Origin: a virus
Virus record (IMG/VR): IMGVR_UViG_3300045988_151747
DNA: 64,000 nucleotides
Strand: one strand, 5' to 3'
Shown here: piece after piece, positions 27,637-36,492 of the stretch
How the letters are laid out: each line of letters starts with the position of its first letter
How positions within the stretch are numbered: position 1 is the first letter of the stretch
Made by a program: the position numbers and the translations under genes
Notes under the pieces: generated by a model
What the model saw: only the letters and a program-made list of their open reading frames with translations
What the model was told of the DNA's origin: nothing
The model's database searches: none

Positions 27637-28632
27637 TTATACAGAGAGAGCTTTGACAATATTCTTTTCTTCAATGATTCCGGTTCCCCAAATACCATAC
27701 CAGCCAAGAGTATGTTTACGCCCCATATCGACAACGCCATCGTCACGTAATTCAACATCAAGAGCCACACCCCATGCGTATGCGTTTTCTCCAAAGAATA
27801 CGGCTTCATAGGCTTCTTGAATAGAACCTCCACTACCGTATTTGGTCTTGATTTGCTCAGCGTTCAAGTGGGGCATCTGAGTTGTTTCAATAAAGATAAC
27901 ACCCTCATACATACCAACCTCACCGATATACAACTGTCTACGCCCCATATAGGTATTGGCATTAATCCAATCTGGGTCGTCACGCAATTGTCTTAACTGA
28001 TGCGGAGATGCAATACAAACGTAATAGTCGCCATTGATTCTGGGAGAATCATTTGAAGCCAAAATTTCTACGGCATCTTTTACGGTCTTTGTAGTAAAGG
28101 CACTAGTAGTGGTCATTTCTGATAATGCTTTGGCTGTACCTCCATAAACCACGTTTGAAGTCTTTAATACGGTATCACGGAATTGAGTATCCAATACTTT
28201 AGCCATGTTATTTGCCAACAGCTTGGAAGCGTCACCCAGTACGTCGAGCATAGAAGTACGCAATAGGAATTCTGTAACCTGTACCGCATTACCTTGCTCT
28301 TTAACGGGAACAACAATTTCCGATGTACTCATTCCTTCCGGTGTCAGAACATCATTTTCCTCAAGTTCTCCACCACCTTCAAGATTATCATATTTAACGA
28401 ATACAATGGCTTTTCCTCTTACCGCCTGTAAGTCACGTTTGATTTTGGCGAATTGCAAGAAACGCAAACGAGGCTGTGCCTTGTACAAAACCTCACGAGA
28501 ATAGAAATCACGGACTGCCTGTGGAATAGCCACATAACCGCCTTCATTTACTCCAGCCGATGTAGTATCACCAAAGAACAGGAATCCTAATGTTGCCAAT
28601 AACATTGGCAATAATACAAATAGAATTGACAT
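27637..28632 (-). CDS. Major capsid protein (HK97 fold)
   Basis: 331 aa. ...LYKAQPRLRFLQFAKIKRDL...GKAIVFVKYDNL...VKEQGNAVQVTEFLLRTSMLDVLGDASKLLANNMAKVLD fits the HK97/N4-gp56-type MCP pattern. Follows the scaffold and portal genes. Confidence 0.8.
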   Translation of the reverse strand: MSILFVLLPMLLATLGFLFFGDTTSAGVNEGGYVAIPQAVRDFYSREVLYKAQPRLRFLQFAKIKRDLQAVRGKAIVFVKYDNLEGGGELEENDVLTPEGMSTSEIVVPVKEQGNAVQVTEFLLRTSMLDVLGDASKLLANNMAKVLDTQFRDTVLKTSNVVYGGTAKALSEMTTTSAFTTKTVKDAVEILASNDSPRINGDYYVCIASPHQLRQLRDDPDWINANTYMGRRQLYIGEVGMYEGVIFIETTQMPHLNAEQIKTKYGSGGSIQEAYEAVFFGENAYAWGVALDVELRDDGVVDMGRKHTLGWYGIWGTGIIEEKNIVKALSV

Positions 28633-28661
28633 AATCTTTACTTGTTAATTTAAACTGTTTA

Positions 28662-29441
28662 TTATAACTGAGTAGGACCTACACCTCCATAAGTGGCACG
28701 AAGTTCTGCCTCAAGCTGTTCTCTGCGAGCAGCAAATTCAGACATTGGCATATTCTTTACGCTTGTAGGACCTGAAACTTCTGGCGCTTCTCTGCGTGGA
28801 ACTGTCGGTGCAGGAGCAGCAGCCGGTACAGGGCTTGGAGTTGGTGATGCAGCCTGTGCACGGGCTTCATTCTCTTTCCGCATCTGTTCTGCAATAAGTG
28901 GGTCAACAACAGGTTTCTCACTGTGCAATACTGCTGCGGAACTAGGACTTGGATATTTGCTGCGTAACTGGATAGATTTCTCTAAGGAAGCATCCAATTC
29001 CTGCTTGGAATTACCCTCTACAAGTTCTGGAATACACTCATTGATATGCGCCTGAATAATTGAGTTCCGATATGCTTCCAATTCTTGCTTTCTCTGTTCC
29101 TCGGAGTTTTGAATAACAGGGCTGATTACCTCAGATACAGTATTTTTCAAGGAGGTTTCCAAATCTTCACGTGTAACGAATGTACCACGCAACGCTTCTA
29201 CGATTTCCTTGACATTGACTCCAGCACCACTACCTTGTGAATCCGGAACCACTTGTACCTTGCGTAAATCTTCCAGTTGATTCTTTAAAGACTCAAACTG
29301 GGAGTACAACTTGTTTTTCTCAACTTTAGATACAGCCTGCATGAACTTCTGCAATTCGGGGGTATCTCTCACTACATAAGTAATACCATTAATTGTAACA
29401 CTTTCTGGGATGCTTACGTTTCTTCTTTCTTCTTCGTTCAT
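28662..29441 (-). CDS. Scaffolding protein
   Basis: 259 aa, coiled-coil and Glu/Gln-rich with an Ala/Pro-rich C-terminal part. Lies between the portal and MCP genes. Confidence 0.6.
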   Translation of the reverse strand: MNEEERRNVSIPESVTINGITYVVRDTPELQKFMQAVSKVEKNKLYSQFESLKNQLEDLRKVQVVPDSQGSGAGVNVKEIVEALRGTFVTREDLETSLKNTVSEVISPVIQNSEEQRKQELEAYRNSIIQAHINECIPELVEGNSKQELDASLEKSIQLRSKYPSPSSAAVLHSEKPVVDPLIAEQMRKENEARAQAASPTPSPVPAAAPAPTVPRREAPEVSGPTSVKNMPMSEFAARREQLEAELRATYGGVGPTQL

Positions 29442-29477
29442 TTTTTCTACGATTAAAAAGTAACAATTAGATTTCTA

Positions 29478-29675
29478 CTACTTAATAAGGTTGTCTTTCA
29501 GAACATTATTACCGTTGCCCTTTACTGTGGCTTGGGTCATTTGTTCTCTACTAACCAACGGTGCGCTAGGCGTACCCGGATTGACGAATTTTTCGCCAAC
29601 CTGCATACCCTTATTTTGCCCGATGTCATGTAATGCTTCGGGGTTTTTAGGGTCTAATGTTTGCAATCCTGCCAT
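29478..29675 (-). CDS. Hypothetical small protein
   Basis: 65-aa ORF that is the first gene after a consensus promoter. Confidence 0.45.
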   Translation of the reverse strand: MAGLQTLDPKNPEALHDIGQNKGMQVGEKFVNPGTPSAPLVSREQMTQATVKGNGNNVLKDNLIK

Positions 29676-29727
29676 AACATTTGATTTTTAAAATGAAACA
29701 ATTTGTTATTTTATTACTGATAGCGTT

Positions 29728-29758
29728 CAAAAGTAGGAATTATTTCTAAATTGACAAA
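29728..29758 (-). promoter_or_regulatory. Bacteroidetes sigma-A-type promoter (TTTG-N19-TACTTTTG) ahead of the scaffold/capsid operon
   Basis: Minus strand reads attTTGtcaatttagaaataattccTACTTTTGaacgc. Confidence 0.6.
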
Positions 29759-29781
29759 ATAAAACCTACTTAAATTAATTC

Positions 29782-31374
29782 CTAGAACTCTTCACTGCCT
29801 TGTTCTTCACCAAATTCATCCGGAGTTTCATCAACGTTTTCCTCATTACCCGTACTGGGGGCTTCTTCACCACCTGCGGAACTTAGTGCAGCTATGCGTG
29901 CCTGTAAAACTGCCTCCGCCACAGTATCATCATCAATCTCATTAAGCAAATCCGGTATGTTTTGTTTTCCCATACGTTCCATGATTTCCCTACGTGAACC
30001 AAGTTTCATCTGTAACTCCATCTGTGCACGTTGCAGCTCATCCATCTTATCTTTGGGGAAACCGAAAGCAAACACAGGTTCAACCTGCACTTCGGAAAGG
30101 AAATCCGGACTTAATTTCTTTATCCGTTTAAACCGTTTGTTATCCGGGTCCTCTACCTCAAGAATACGGAAAATAATATTGTTCATCTGTGAAATACCCT
30201 CACCATAAGTCATTGCCTTTATGTTAGCCTGTTGTATAAGCGGATGGTAGGTAATCTGCAATGCCGCAGCAGAAGTATTGCTTATAGCCTGAATCTTACC
30301 AAGCGCATTTTCCGGAACATCTGACAATTCGTGCATTGCGGTTTTCAAGTCTTTTGCAAAATTAACGGCAGCGGACAAATCAACATCCAATCCTAAATTA
30401 AATACGTTGGCTTCGGCAGGAAGTCCTGACCATATCTGACCTAAGCCTTTTTTCAATGACTTGGCGGAAGCACCTGTAATTACCGTGGTCGGAGTAACAT
30501 GGTAGTCAATCACGGCTTTCAATTGTTGCATCACCTCATTATAAATCTTGTTTATCTTGAGAATATCATTGGCATCAGACTTTCCATAGTATCCGGAAGA
30601 ATTGGGCTTGTTCTTTATATGCACTACTGGAATGAACCCGTATTTGTTTTGAACCTCGGTATGTTTGTATTTGGCTACGTTACTTTCCTCAAGGTTAACG
30701 TCCACTTGATACCAAGTTTCAATAGTTTCCGCACTCATTTTAATAACATATAGTTTATAAGGCTGGTCGGGTCCGGATTGTAAAGGCTGACGTACCAAGA
30801 AAGATTTCACCTTATTATAATCGCCGTTATCAAATTCCACAAAACATTGTCGGCTGTCAAGAACGGAAACCTTGCAATATCTGTCCTGAACTTCCGGCAT
30901 CCATTCACACATAAGCCAACAGTCGCCTGTGATACCACCCATTTGCAGCATCTCATAGGATAACTGTAACTTGTTTGACTTGCCCCAATGATACATCATA
31001 AGTTCCTCGGCAATCTTTTCCAGTTCACGGTCAATCTGGTCGGAGTAGAAACTCTTCACATGGAAAGTAAAAGCCTCATTACCCAGCAAGAACATATTGA
31101 CCTTATCAATAAACGCCTTTATATAATTAAAGGAAAGCATCCCGTCATTGAAGTCCTTATAATGCATCCCGTCATAGAACTTCCAGTACAGGTAATATTT
31201 GGTGATTCTGTCAAGTTCCCATTTATTGTCCTGCACTATGTTCTGCAATACAAAACTACGTAAAACGTTAGTTGCCTCACTAAGTGGACGACTGTCCACA
31301 TTCCAATATTTTGAACCCGGATAACCGCTGTAGCTACCACCAGTAGGGTCCATACCTCCTACATTTATTCCCAT
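29782..31374 (-). CDS. Portal protein
   Basis: 530 aa immediately downstream of TerL, sharing 1 nt with its stop. The acidic C-terminal tail fits, and the call rests mainly on size and position. Confidence 0.75.
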   Translation of the reverse strand: MGINVGGMDPTGGSYSGYPGSKYWNVDSRPLSEATNVLRSFVLQNIVQDNKWELDRITKYYLYWKFYDGMHYKDFNDGMLSFNYIKAFIDKVNMFLLGNEAFTFHVKSFYSDQIDRELEKIAEELMMYHWGKSNKLQLSYEMLQMGGITGDCWLMCEWMPEVQDRYCKVSVLDSRQCFVEFDNGDYNKVKSFLVRQPLQSGPDQPYKLYVIKMSAETIETWYQVDVNLEESNVAKYKHTEVQNKYGFIPVVHIKNKPNSSGYYGKSDANDILKINKIYNEVMQQLKAVIDYHVTPTTVITGASAKSLKKGLGQIWSGLPAEANVFNLGLDVDLSAAVNFAKDLKTAMHELSDVPENALGKIQAISNTSAAALQITYHPLIQQANIKAMTYGEGISQMNNIIFRILEVEDPDNKRFKRIKKLSPDFLSEVQVEPVFAFGFPKDKMDELQRAQMELQMKLGSRREIMERMGKQNIPDLLNEIDDDTVAEAVLQARIAALSSAGGEEAPSTGNEENVDETPDEFGEEQGSEEF

Positions 31375-33035
31375 TAGTACGAATGTCTTTTTATTGCGTT
31401 AATTGTTTCAGTTATTCCGCCATACAGGGGGTTATCGGAAACTTCCATTTCTTCCTTAACCTCCACTTCCTCATTTGCAGCAAGACACATAAGTGCCGCA
31501 CTGTCCACCATATCGTCAAAATACCCTTCCGTTTTTTCGCATACCATAAAGGAGCCGTTGAAATACTTCTGGCAGTTTTTCATCTGTTCCTCGAATTTGG
31601 AATACTCGGAAGTTCCTCTCACCACTTTATTAGCCGGAACTATAAGTCTGCGTGTCTTAATGTCAGAGATGAAATTATACCACATGTCTGATTTGCTCTG
31701 TGCGGTGAAAGTATATGGAGTTATATCCACGTATTCGCCACAAGCATACATAAGCCGGTCAACAACGGGTTTTCCCACACCAGTATAATCCGCGTATATT
31801 TTGGCGATATTAAATTCGGCTATATAATCAAGAAGTATATGATGCTGTTCCTCATAATCAGCACCACCAAGACACGCCCAGCATAATACCTGCTTATATG
31901 GATTCTTAAACGGTTCATCCAAGTCTTTCCACGACTTACCTATGGTAAGCACTGTTTCAGCAGGAGATTTACCGATATCCAAACCAGCCACAACAAAATC
32001 GGTAACATTGGGAACCTGAAATCCCAACTTGCGGTTTATGATTCCATTAAATTCCTTATCCGTAAGAAGCATACCGCTTTCAATATCCCAAATAAGGGCG
32101 TAGGCAAGTTTGAACGCTTGTGATTCCTCACCCCAACGTTCACGCTTGCGATAAATATCAGCTTCGTAATTCAAATGGAATCTCTTTCCGTCCTTTTCAT
32201 ACTGTTCCCGTCTGCTGGCGATAATCTTCTTATAATCATATTCGTAATGATGCCGTACCCGTGGGTCAAGGCACTTCCTGTCCAGTTCACGGTTATGCTT
32301 TATTTCATAGTAGAAATGGTTCTTGGTCATACCTGTTGTACCTACCTTTATAAGAGTACCTGCGGTTGAGGAAAGCATAGGTTCGATAGACTTGCTGACA
32401 ATAAGGTCGTCAACATCCTGCGCTTCTTCGACAATAACCAAATCATACGTCTTTGATTCAATCTTGGATTGCTTACTGGCAACCTGTCCGGCAAGAAAAG
32501 AACCGTTTGACAATTCAAGGCGTGCCACACTTTCTAGCCATACGTCAATATCCGGGTCTGTAAGAACCATATCCGCATTTGCAGACCTCAGTCGGGTCAT
32601 TGAACGTGAATAGGTAGTGACAACCTGGTCTGACTGGGGGGCGAAAAGCCCTACACGGAATCCGGTTTTGAACTGTTCCAAGTCGGGAATGATTGAAGCC
32701 AGTGCCGGAAGAATAACACATAACGTATCAATGACAAAAGCCATAACCTCGGATTTACCCGACTGACGGGAAAGAAGCACTGTCTTTACGTCACCCGAAA
32801 AAGTTATCACGGAGTATATGATTCCGTATGCTATATCTTCCTGATAGGAATACAGGGAAATACCAGTAAGAACTTTGCCGAACTCCATAATCTTGGCGGT
32901 TACATCGTGGGCATCAAACTCCACGGTTTTACCTACCAGTTCCTCGGTATGTATTTCGGAAACGCTCTTACCAGTAGCCTCGAACACGTATCCCTGTTCC
33001 TTTAGTTCTTTTTTCTTCTTACTACGTACAGGCAT
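31374..33035 (-). CDS. terL: Terminase large subunit
   Basis: Walker A-like LLSRQSGKSEV and Walker B-like YDLVIVEEAQDV are present. The C-terminal nuclease region contains VAGLDIGKS. Confidence 0.9.
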   Translation of the reverse strand: MPVRSKKKKELKEQGYVFEATGKSVSEIHTEELVGKTVEFDAHDVTAKIMEFGKVLTGISLYSYQEDIAYGIIYSVITFSGDVKTVLLSRQSGKSEVMAFVIDTLCVILPALASIIPDLEQFKTGFRVGLFAPQSDQVVTTYSRSMTRLRSANADMVLTDPDIDVWLESVARLELSNGSFLAGQVASKQSKIESKTYDLVIVEEAQDVDDLIVSKSIEPMLSSTAGTLIKVGTTGMTKNHFYYEIKHNRELDRKCLDPRVRHHYEYDYKKIIASRREQYEKDGKRFHLNYEADIYRKRERWGEESQAFKLAYALIWDIESGMLLTDKEFNGIINRKLGFQVPNVTDFVVAGLDIGKSPAETVLTIGKSWKDLDEPFKNPYKQVLCWACLGGADYEEQHHILLDYIAEFNIAKIYADYTGVGKPVVDRLMYACGEYVDITPYTFTAQSKSDMWYNFISDIKTRRLIVPANKVVRGTSEYSKFEEQMKNCQKYFNGSFMVCEKTEGYFDDMVDSAALMCLAANEEVEVKEEMEVSDNPLYGGITETINAIKRHSY

Positions 33036-33036
33036 A

Positions 33037-33564
33037 TTATTCCTCTCTTATATCATAAGACATATTACCTTTCATATTCCGCCATGTTTGGAGAAAAACG
33101 TTACACTCTTTAGAATAGGGCATGAAGCTGTCACTCTCCACCCAACAATTGGGAGTTTCATAAAGGCGTATCTTTTCAATCTGAATACCATGTTCCGAGG
33201 GAGTGAAGAACTTCCGGAATACGGTAAACAGTTCTCCGGCTATGTTTTCGGCAGACGGGTTTATGTCCGTTTTGATACCAAGCCCCATTTCATATACTTT
33301 CCAATTATTGGAACGGCACAATTTAAGAAGTTCCGTATCCATAGGATTAAGAATACAGGCATGGTCTAAAAACTCGTCAATGAAATCACCGCATACACGC
33401 TTCAATTCCTTGAAATCTATGGCATAGCCTATTTCCTTTACGTCCATATAGGAAAAAGTGGCTTCCACTTTAAAACGGTGTCCGTGAAGATTGAAACATT
33501 TCACCTTCTCGTTCATAACCCGATGTGCACTGTCAAACTCAAATACTCTAGTTACTGTTGCCAT
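33037..33564 (-). CDS. queD: 6-carboxy-5,6,7,8-tetrahydropterin synthase (QueD)
   Basis: FEFDSAHRV...KCFNLHGHRFKVE matches PTPS/QueD zinc- and substrate-binding motifs. Confidence 0.85.
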   Translation of the reverse strand: MATVTRVFEFDSAHRVMNEKVKCFNLHGHRFKVEATFSYMDVKEIGYAIDFKELKRVCGDFIDEFLDHACILNPMDTELLKLCRSNNWKVYEMGLGIKTDINPSAENIAGELFTVFRKFFTPSEHGIQIEKIRLYETPNCWVESDSFMPYSKECNVFLQTWRNMKGNMSYDIREE

Positions 33565-33583
33565 AATGATTCGATTTTTAATT

Positions 33584-33796
33584 CTACTTTATAATTCTTC
33601 TGTAACGATATACATCTCTGATTACTGCGGAAAAGTATTCTCCCTTGCTTTCAGACTTTACAAATCTAGTCCATATAGGAAGAGGAACATTGTAATATTG
33701 GTATTCCCATCTCGGACGGTTTACAAATACCATTGTAAGTGTCCGCGACTTCCTATCATAGTCTGCTGTCATTATATTAGAAGATACAATCTGCAT
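33584..33796 (-). CDS. KTSC-domain protein
   Basis: ...ADYDRKSRTLTMVF...YQYYNVPLPIWTRFVKSESKGEYFSAVIR... fits the KTSC domain pattern. Confidence 0.65.
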   Translation of the reverse strand: MQIVSSNIMTADYDRKSRTLTMVFVNRPRWEYQYYNVPLPIWTRFVKSESKGEYFSAVIRDVYRYRRIIK

Positions 33797-33847
33797 TTCA
33801 TTCCGATTGGGTACAAAAATAGGTGAACACCATTAGATGCTCACCTG

Positions 33848-33879
33848 CAAATATAGGTAATTTCCACTATACTGACAAA
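33848..33879 (-). promoter_or_regulatory. Bacteroidetes sigma-A-type promoter (TTTG-N20-TATATTTG)
   Basis: Minus strand reads tagTTTGtcagtatagtggaaattaccTATATTTGcagg. Confidence 0.55.
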
Positions 33880-33892
33880 CTAAGAACAACTA

Positions 33893-34864
33893 TTATCTTC
33901 GCTTAGAAGATGTTCCTTTCTTAGAAATTTCTCTCGCTAAATTAAGATAACCCGGAGTGGATAGGTTATCTACAAATGACTGAGCCTGTTTGTTGTTATA
34001 CCCCATAGCTTGTCTAATATGGGAAATCATTTCTTCTCTTGAAACATCACTTAATGACCTTCCAGAATTATCCATATAAGCTACCGAAGTAACGACATCT
34101 TTACTCCTTTTCTTAAAAGAGTTCATTGCGGCTTTAGTCTTAAAATACTTAGTGACATATTTACCGTTTTTACCTACATAAGAAAAACCATAAGGTTTAT
34201 CGTCGCTTTTTGCCATACCTACTCCTTTAGTTTTTGCACCAGTAGAGGATGTCTTTGGTGCAGGGGCATCATCCATACTTTTAGAAGCCTTAGAAACTGC
34301 GGTACTACCACCACCTACACGCTTGAACATTGACAAATGTCCACGGGAAGAATAGTTGTCATTGGCTTCCTTGTTAAGTTCCTTATACTTTTCAGCACCT
34401 ACCTGTTCCTTTAGCTTTTTGGCAGCGGCTCTCCCCTCTTTAGATTTAGGGTCGTGATACCATGCCTTAAATTCAGTGGATGATAATCCGGAGGATTTAG
34501 GAGCCGGCTTTGTTTGCTTCTTGGCAGGAGCTTTCTTGGTTTCTCTAGGTTCAAGTCCGGTTATTCCTCCACCGACAGGTTTCTTCAATTTCTTTTTCGG
34601 AGCAGGTTTCGTAGTCTTGGCAGTATCCGAAGAAGCTCCGGAACGGCTCTTTTTCAGTTCGTCCAGATATTGCTGGAGTTCAAGTTTAGGGTCTGGCATC
34701 TTGGTAATCTTAGCCTGTAATTCACCACCAGCCCCTTTCTTGCGTGCAGCCTTTTTGGCTACTTCCGCAGCAGCGTCATACTTAGCCGTGTGAGATTTTA
34801 CAGTAGTAATCTTACCCGACTTAGTTTTACGCTGATAAGTTCTAATTGTTTTTTCTTTTTTCAT
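33893..34864 (-). CDS. Lys/Ala/Pro-rich, histone-H1-like, highly basic protein
   Basis: 323 aa. The N-terminus IRTYQRKTKSGKITTVKSHTAKY carries the shared HxRK motif. Long AKKxA/KPAPKK low-complexity tracts follow. Confidence 0.6.
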   Translation of the reverse strand: MKKEKTIRTYQRKTKSGKITTVKSHTAKYDAAAEVAKKAARKKGAGGELQAKITKMPDPKLELQQYLDELKKSRSGASSDTAKTTKPAPKKKLKKPVGGGITGLEPRETKKAPAKKQTKPAPKSSGLSSTEFKAWYHDPKSKEGRAAAKKLKEQVGAEKYKELNKEANDNYSSRGHLSMFKRVGGGSTAVSKASKSMDDAPAPKTSSTGAKTKGVGMAKSDDKPYGFSYVGKNGKYVTKYFKTKAAMNSFKKRSKDVVTSVAYMDNSGRSLSDVSREEMISHIRQAMGYNNKQAQSFVDNLSTPGYLNLAREISKKGTSSKRR

Positions 34865-34899
34865 ACATTACAAAATTTTTGTTGCAACTTCTACGCCTA

Positions 34900-34907
34900 C
34901 AAATATA
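34900..34907 (-). promoter_or_regulatory. Promoter -7 box TATATTTG (no clear -33 TTTG)
   Basis: Minus strand reads tcctatatttgtaggc, about 35 nt upstream of the ATG at 34864. Confidence 0.35.
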
Positions 34908-34910
34908 GGA

Positions 34911-34949
34911 ATAAAAAATAATACTCACTATATTAAAGTAGTGAGTATT
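34911..34949 (-). terminator. Rho-independent terminator after ORF 35004..35288
   Basis: An 11-bp perfect stem (AATACTCACTA / TAGTGAGTATT) with an 8-nt loop, followed on the minus strand by TTTTTTAT. Confidence 0.7.
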
Positions 34950-35003
34950 ACGAAATTTAGGGGGAAATAAATACAGTGTTTTTAAGCGATTACAGACCGT
35001 TTT

Positions 35004-35288
35004 TTAGGGTTTACTAATATAATAGTACGTTTTACGTATTACTTTTACTTTACGGGTCAAAGAACCGATACCAAAATGAGTACAAAGTTTAGCGATTATA
35101 GTGTAGTTTACCGAACCTGTACCATACAGGTATGGACGAATTTTCATACCACCAAGACTTTTCCCGAAATCGGTTTCCAGAAATGCAGGTACACTTCCAT
35201 ACTCCTTGTTAATCTTATTGCGCAACGCAAGTTTCACATCTTCCAGTTGAACTTCTTCGAGTTCCTCAGTTACTTTTTTCTTTGGCAT
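35004..35288 (-). CDS. Hypothetical protein (possible HTH DNA-binding protein)
   Basis: 94-aa ORF. ...NYTIIAKLCTHFGIGSLT... is weakly HTH-like. Confidence 0.45.
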   Translation of the reverse strand: MPKKKVTEELEEVQLEDVKLALRNKINKEYGSVPAFLETDFGKSLGGMKIRPYLYGTGSVNYTIIAKLCTHFGIGSLTRKVKVIRKTYYYISKP

Positions 35289-35643
35289 AATCTATATGAA
35301 TTATTGTTTCTGAATATAAGTTACCTTCCCATGACACACAACCAATCTTTCTTCCAAGACGGATTAGCATCTCAACTATTTGCAAATAAGGTGTCCACAA
35401 CTCACCATCCTTTCGGTGATTGCAAAACATGAACGGAACGTTCCCGTCCTTGTCGGTTTCTATCTGGGAAACCATCTCCCGTATGGCAGGAGCATTTTTC
35501 TCCAGTATCTCTTTATGTACACCAACCTCATTACCTATGGTACAGATGGCAGTTTCATGCCATATACGTTCTACATTATAACTTCTCAGTTCAATCATAA
35601 TATAATTGATAAAACGGCAAGCATCCAAAAGATGAACCTCCAA
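35266..35643 (-). CDS. Hypothetical protein
   Basis: 125-aa ORF tiling on the minus strand. Confidence 0.5.
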   Translation of the reverse strand: MEVHLLDACRFINYIMIELRSYNVERIWHETAICTIGNEVGVHKEILEKNAPAIREMVSQIETDKDGNVPFMFCNHRKDGELWTPYLQIVEMLIRLGRKIGCVSWEGNLYSETIIHIDYAKEKSN

Positions 35644-35819
35644 AAAGGTTTCTTACGGGTAGCAGCCAAGATTACTAATATAACAGTAAGCGCTATCATT
35701 GTTTTTTCTTTAATTGACTTACCTTGAAATTGACAAACAGTTTCTTTGCTTCTTCAACTGTAAGTTCCTTACCCTTGACAGGACGGTTTCCCGTAACGTA
35801 ATTATTCAGTGCCATAGTA

Positions 35820-36179
35820 TTACTTCTTTAATTCTTGTTTCCAATATTCAAACCAAAATGCCTCACGTAGACTAGCGGTCTTATAGCCTTTGCTCTTTAC
35901 AGGGGATGGAAATTCCACAGACCATACACGGGTAACGGAATCACGTCCTTCTCCGCATCTGAAAATCACAGGAACATTTTTCTTATCCCTACGTGAATAG
36001 ATGTAGTACACATCATCCTTAAATTGGTTCACCTCATGGTAAGCACCTTTAAGGCACATACGGACAGAATCCATAGGAGCCTGAATGAGTTTTCCCATGT
36101 CCTCGGCAGCCCATTTAGTTTGGGCAAACATACTGCCCGTTAATATTAGCAGGGCAGCAACAGCAAAAATCTTTTTCAT
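35820..36179 (-). CDS. Secreted hypothetical protein (signal peptide)
   Basis: The N-terminus MKKIFAVAALLILTGSMFAQ is a typical Sec signal peptide, with no lipobox Cys. Confidence 0.55.
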   Translation of the reverse strand: MKKIFAVAALLILTGSMFAQTKWAAEDMGKLIQAPMDSVRMCLKGAYHEVNQFKDDVYYIYSRRDKKNVPVIFRCGEGRDSVTRVWSVEFPSPVKSKGYKTASLREAFWFEYWKQELKK

Positions 36180-36492
36180 AACCTAGCTTTATTAAATTGA
36201 TTGTTATTAATCTGTCAGAATACAACATATACACGGAGCGAAACAAGTCCAGTCTTATACATCCCGATTCCGTGAACAAAGAACTTAAAGACTTTCTGAC
36301 TACTTCCTCAAGTTCGTCCAAATCAAATTGAAAGAAGAGTTCCCAGTATGCGTTGGTTCCTATGCCGTATCTCTGCATGAAATCAAACTTGGGCAGAACC
36401 GCCATATCCACTAGGAACTCTTTGAACAGGGGATTACCCGACAGGCTTACTGTGGGAATCCCCTCATTGTTTAATCTTCGAGTTTTATCCAT
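36115..36492 (-). CDS. Hypothetical protein
   Basis: 125-aa ORF. The 3' end overlaps the next gene by 65 nt. Confidence 0.45.
   Translation of the reverse strand: MDKTRRLNNEGIPTVSLSGNPLFKEFLVDMAVLPKFDFMQRYGIGTNAYWELFFQFDLDELEEVVRKSLSSLFTESGCIRLDLFRSVYMLYSDRLITINLIKLGYEKDFCCCCPANINGQYVCPN

Noticed and set aside
15486-33035. First impression of a crAss-like podovirus, based on a Bacteroidota host, single-strand gene orientation and a giant fibre.
   Set aside because: The window encodes a sheath, a tube, a tape measure and a gpD-like hub, which together make a contractile tail. No crAss-type virion RNAP or other signature genes were seen.
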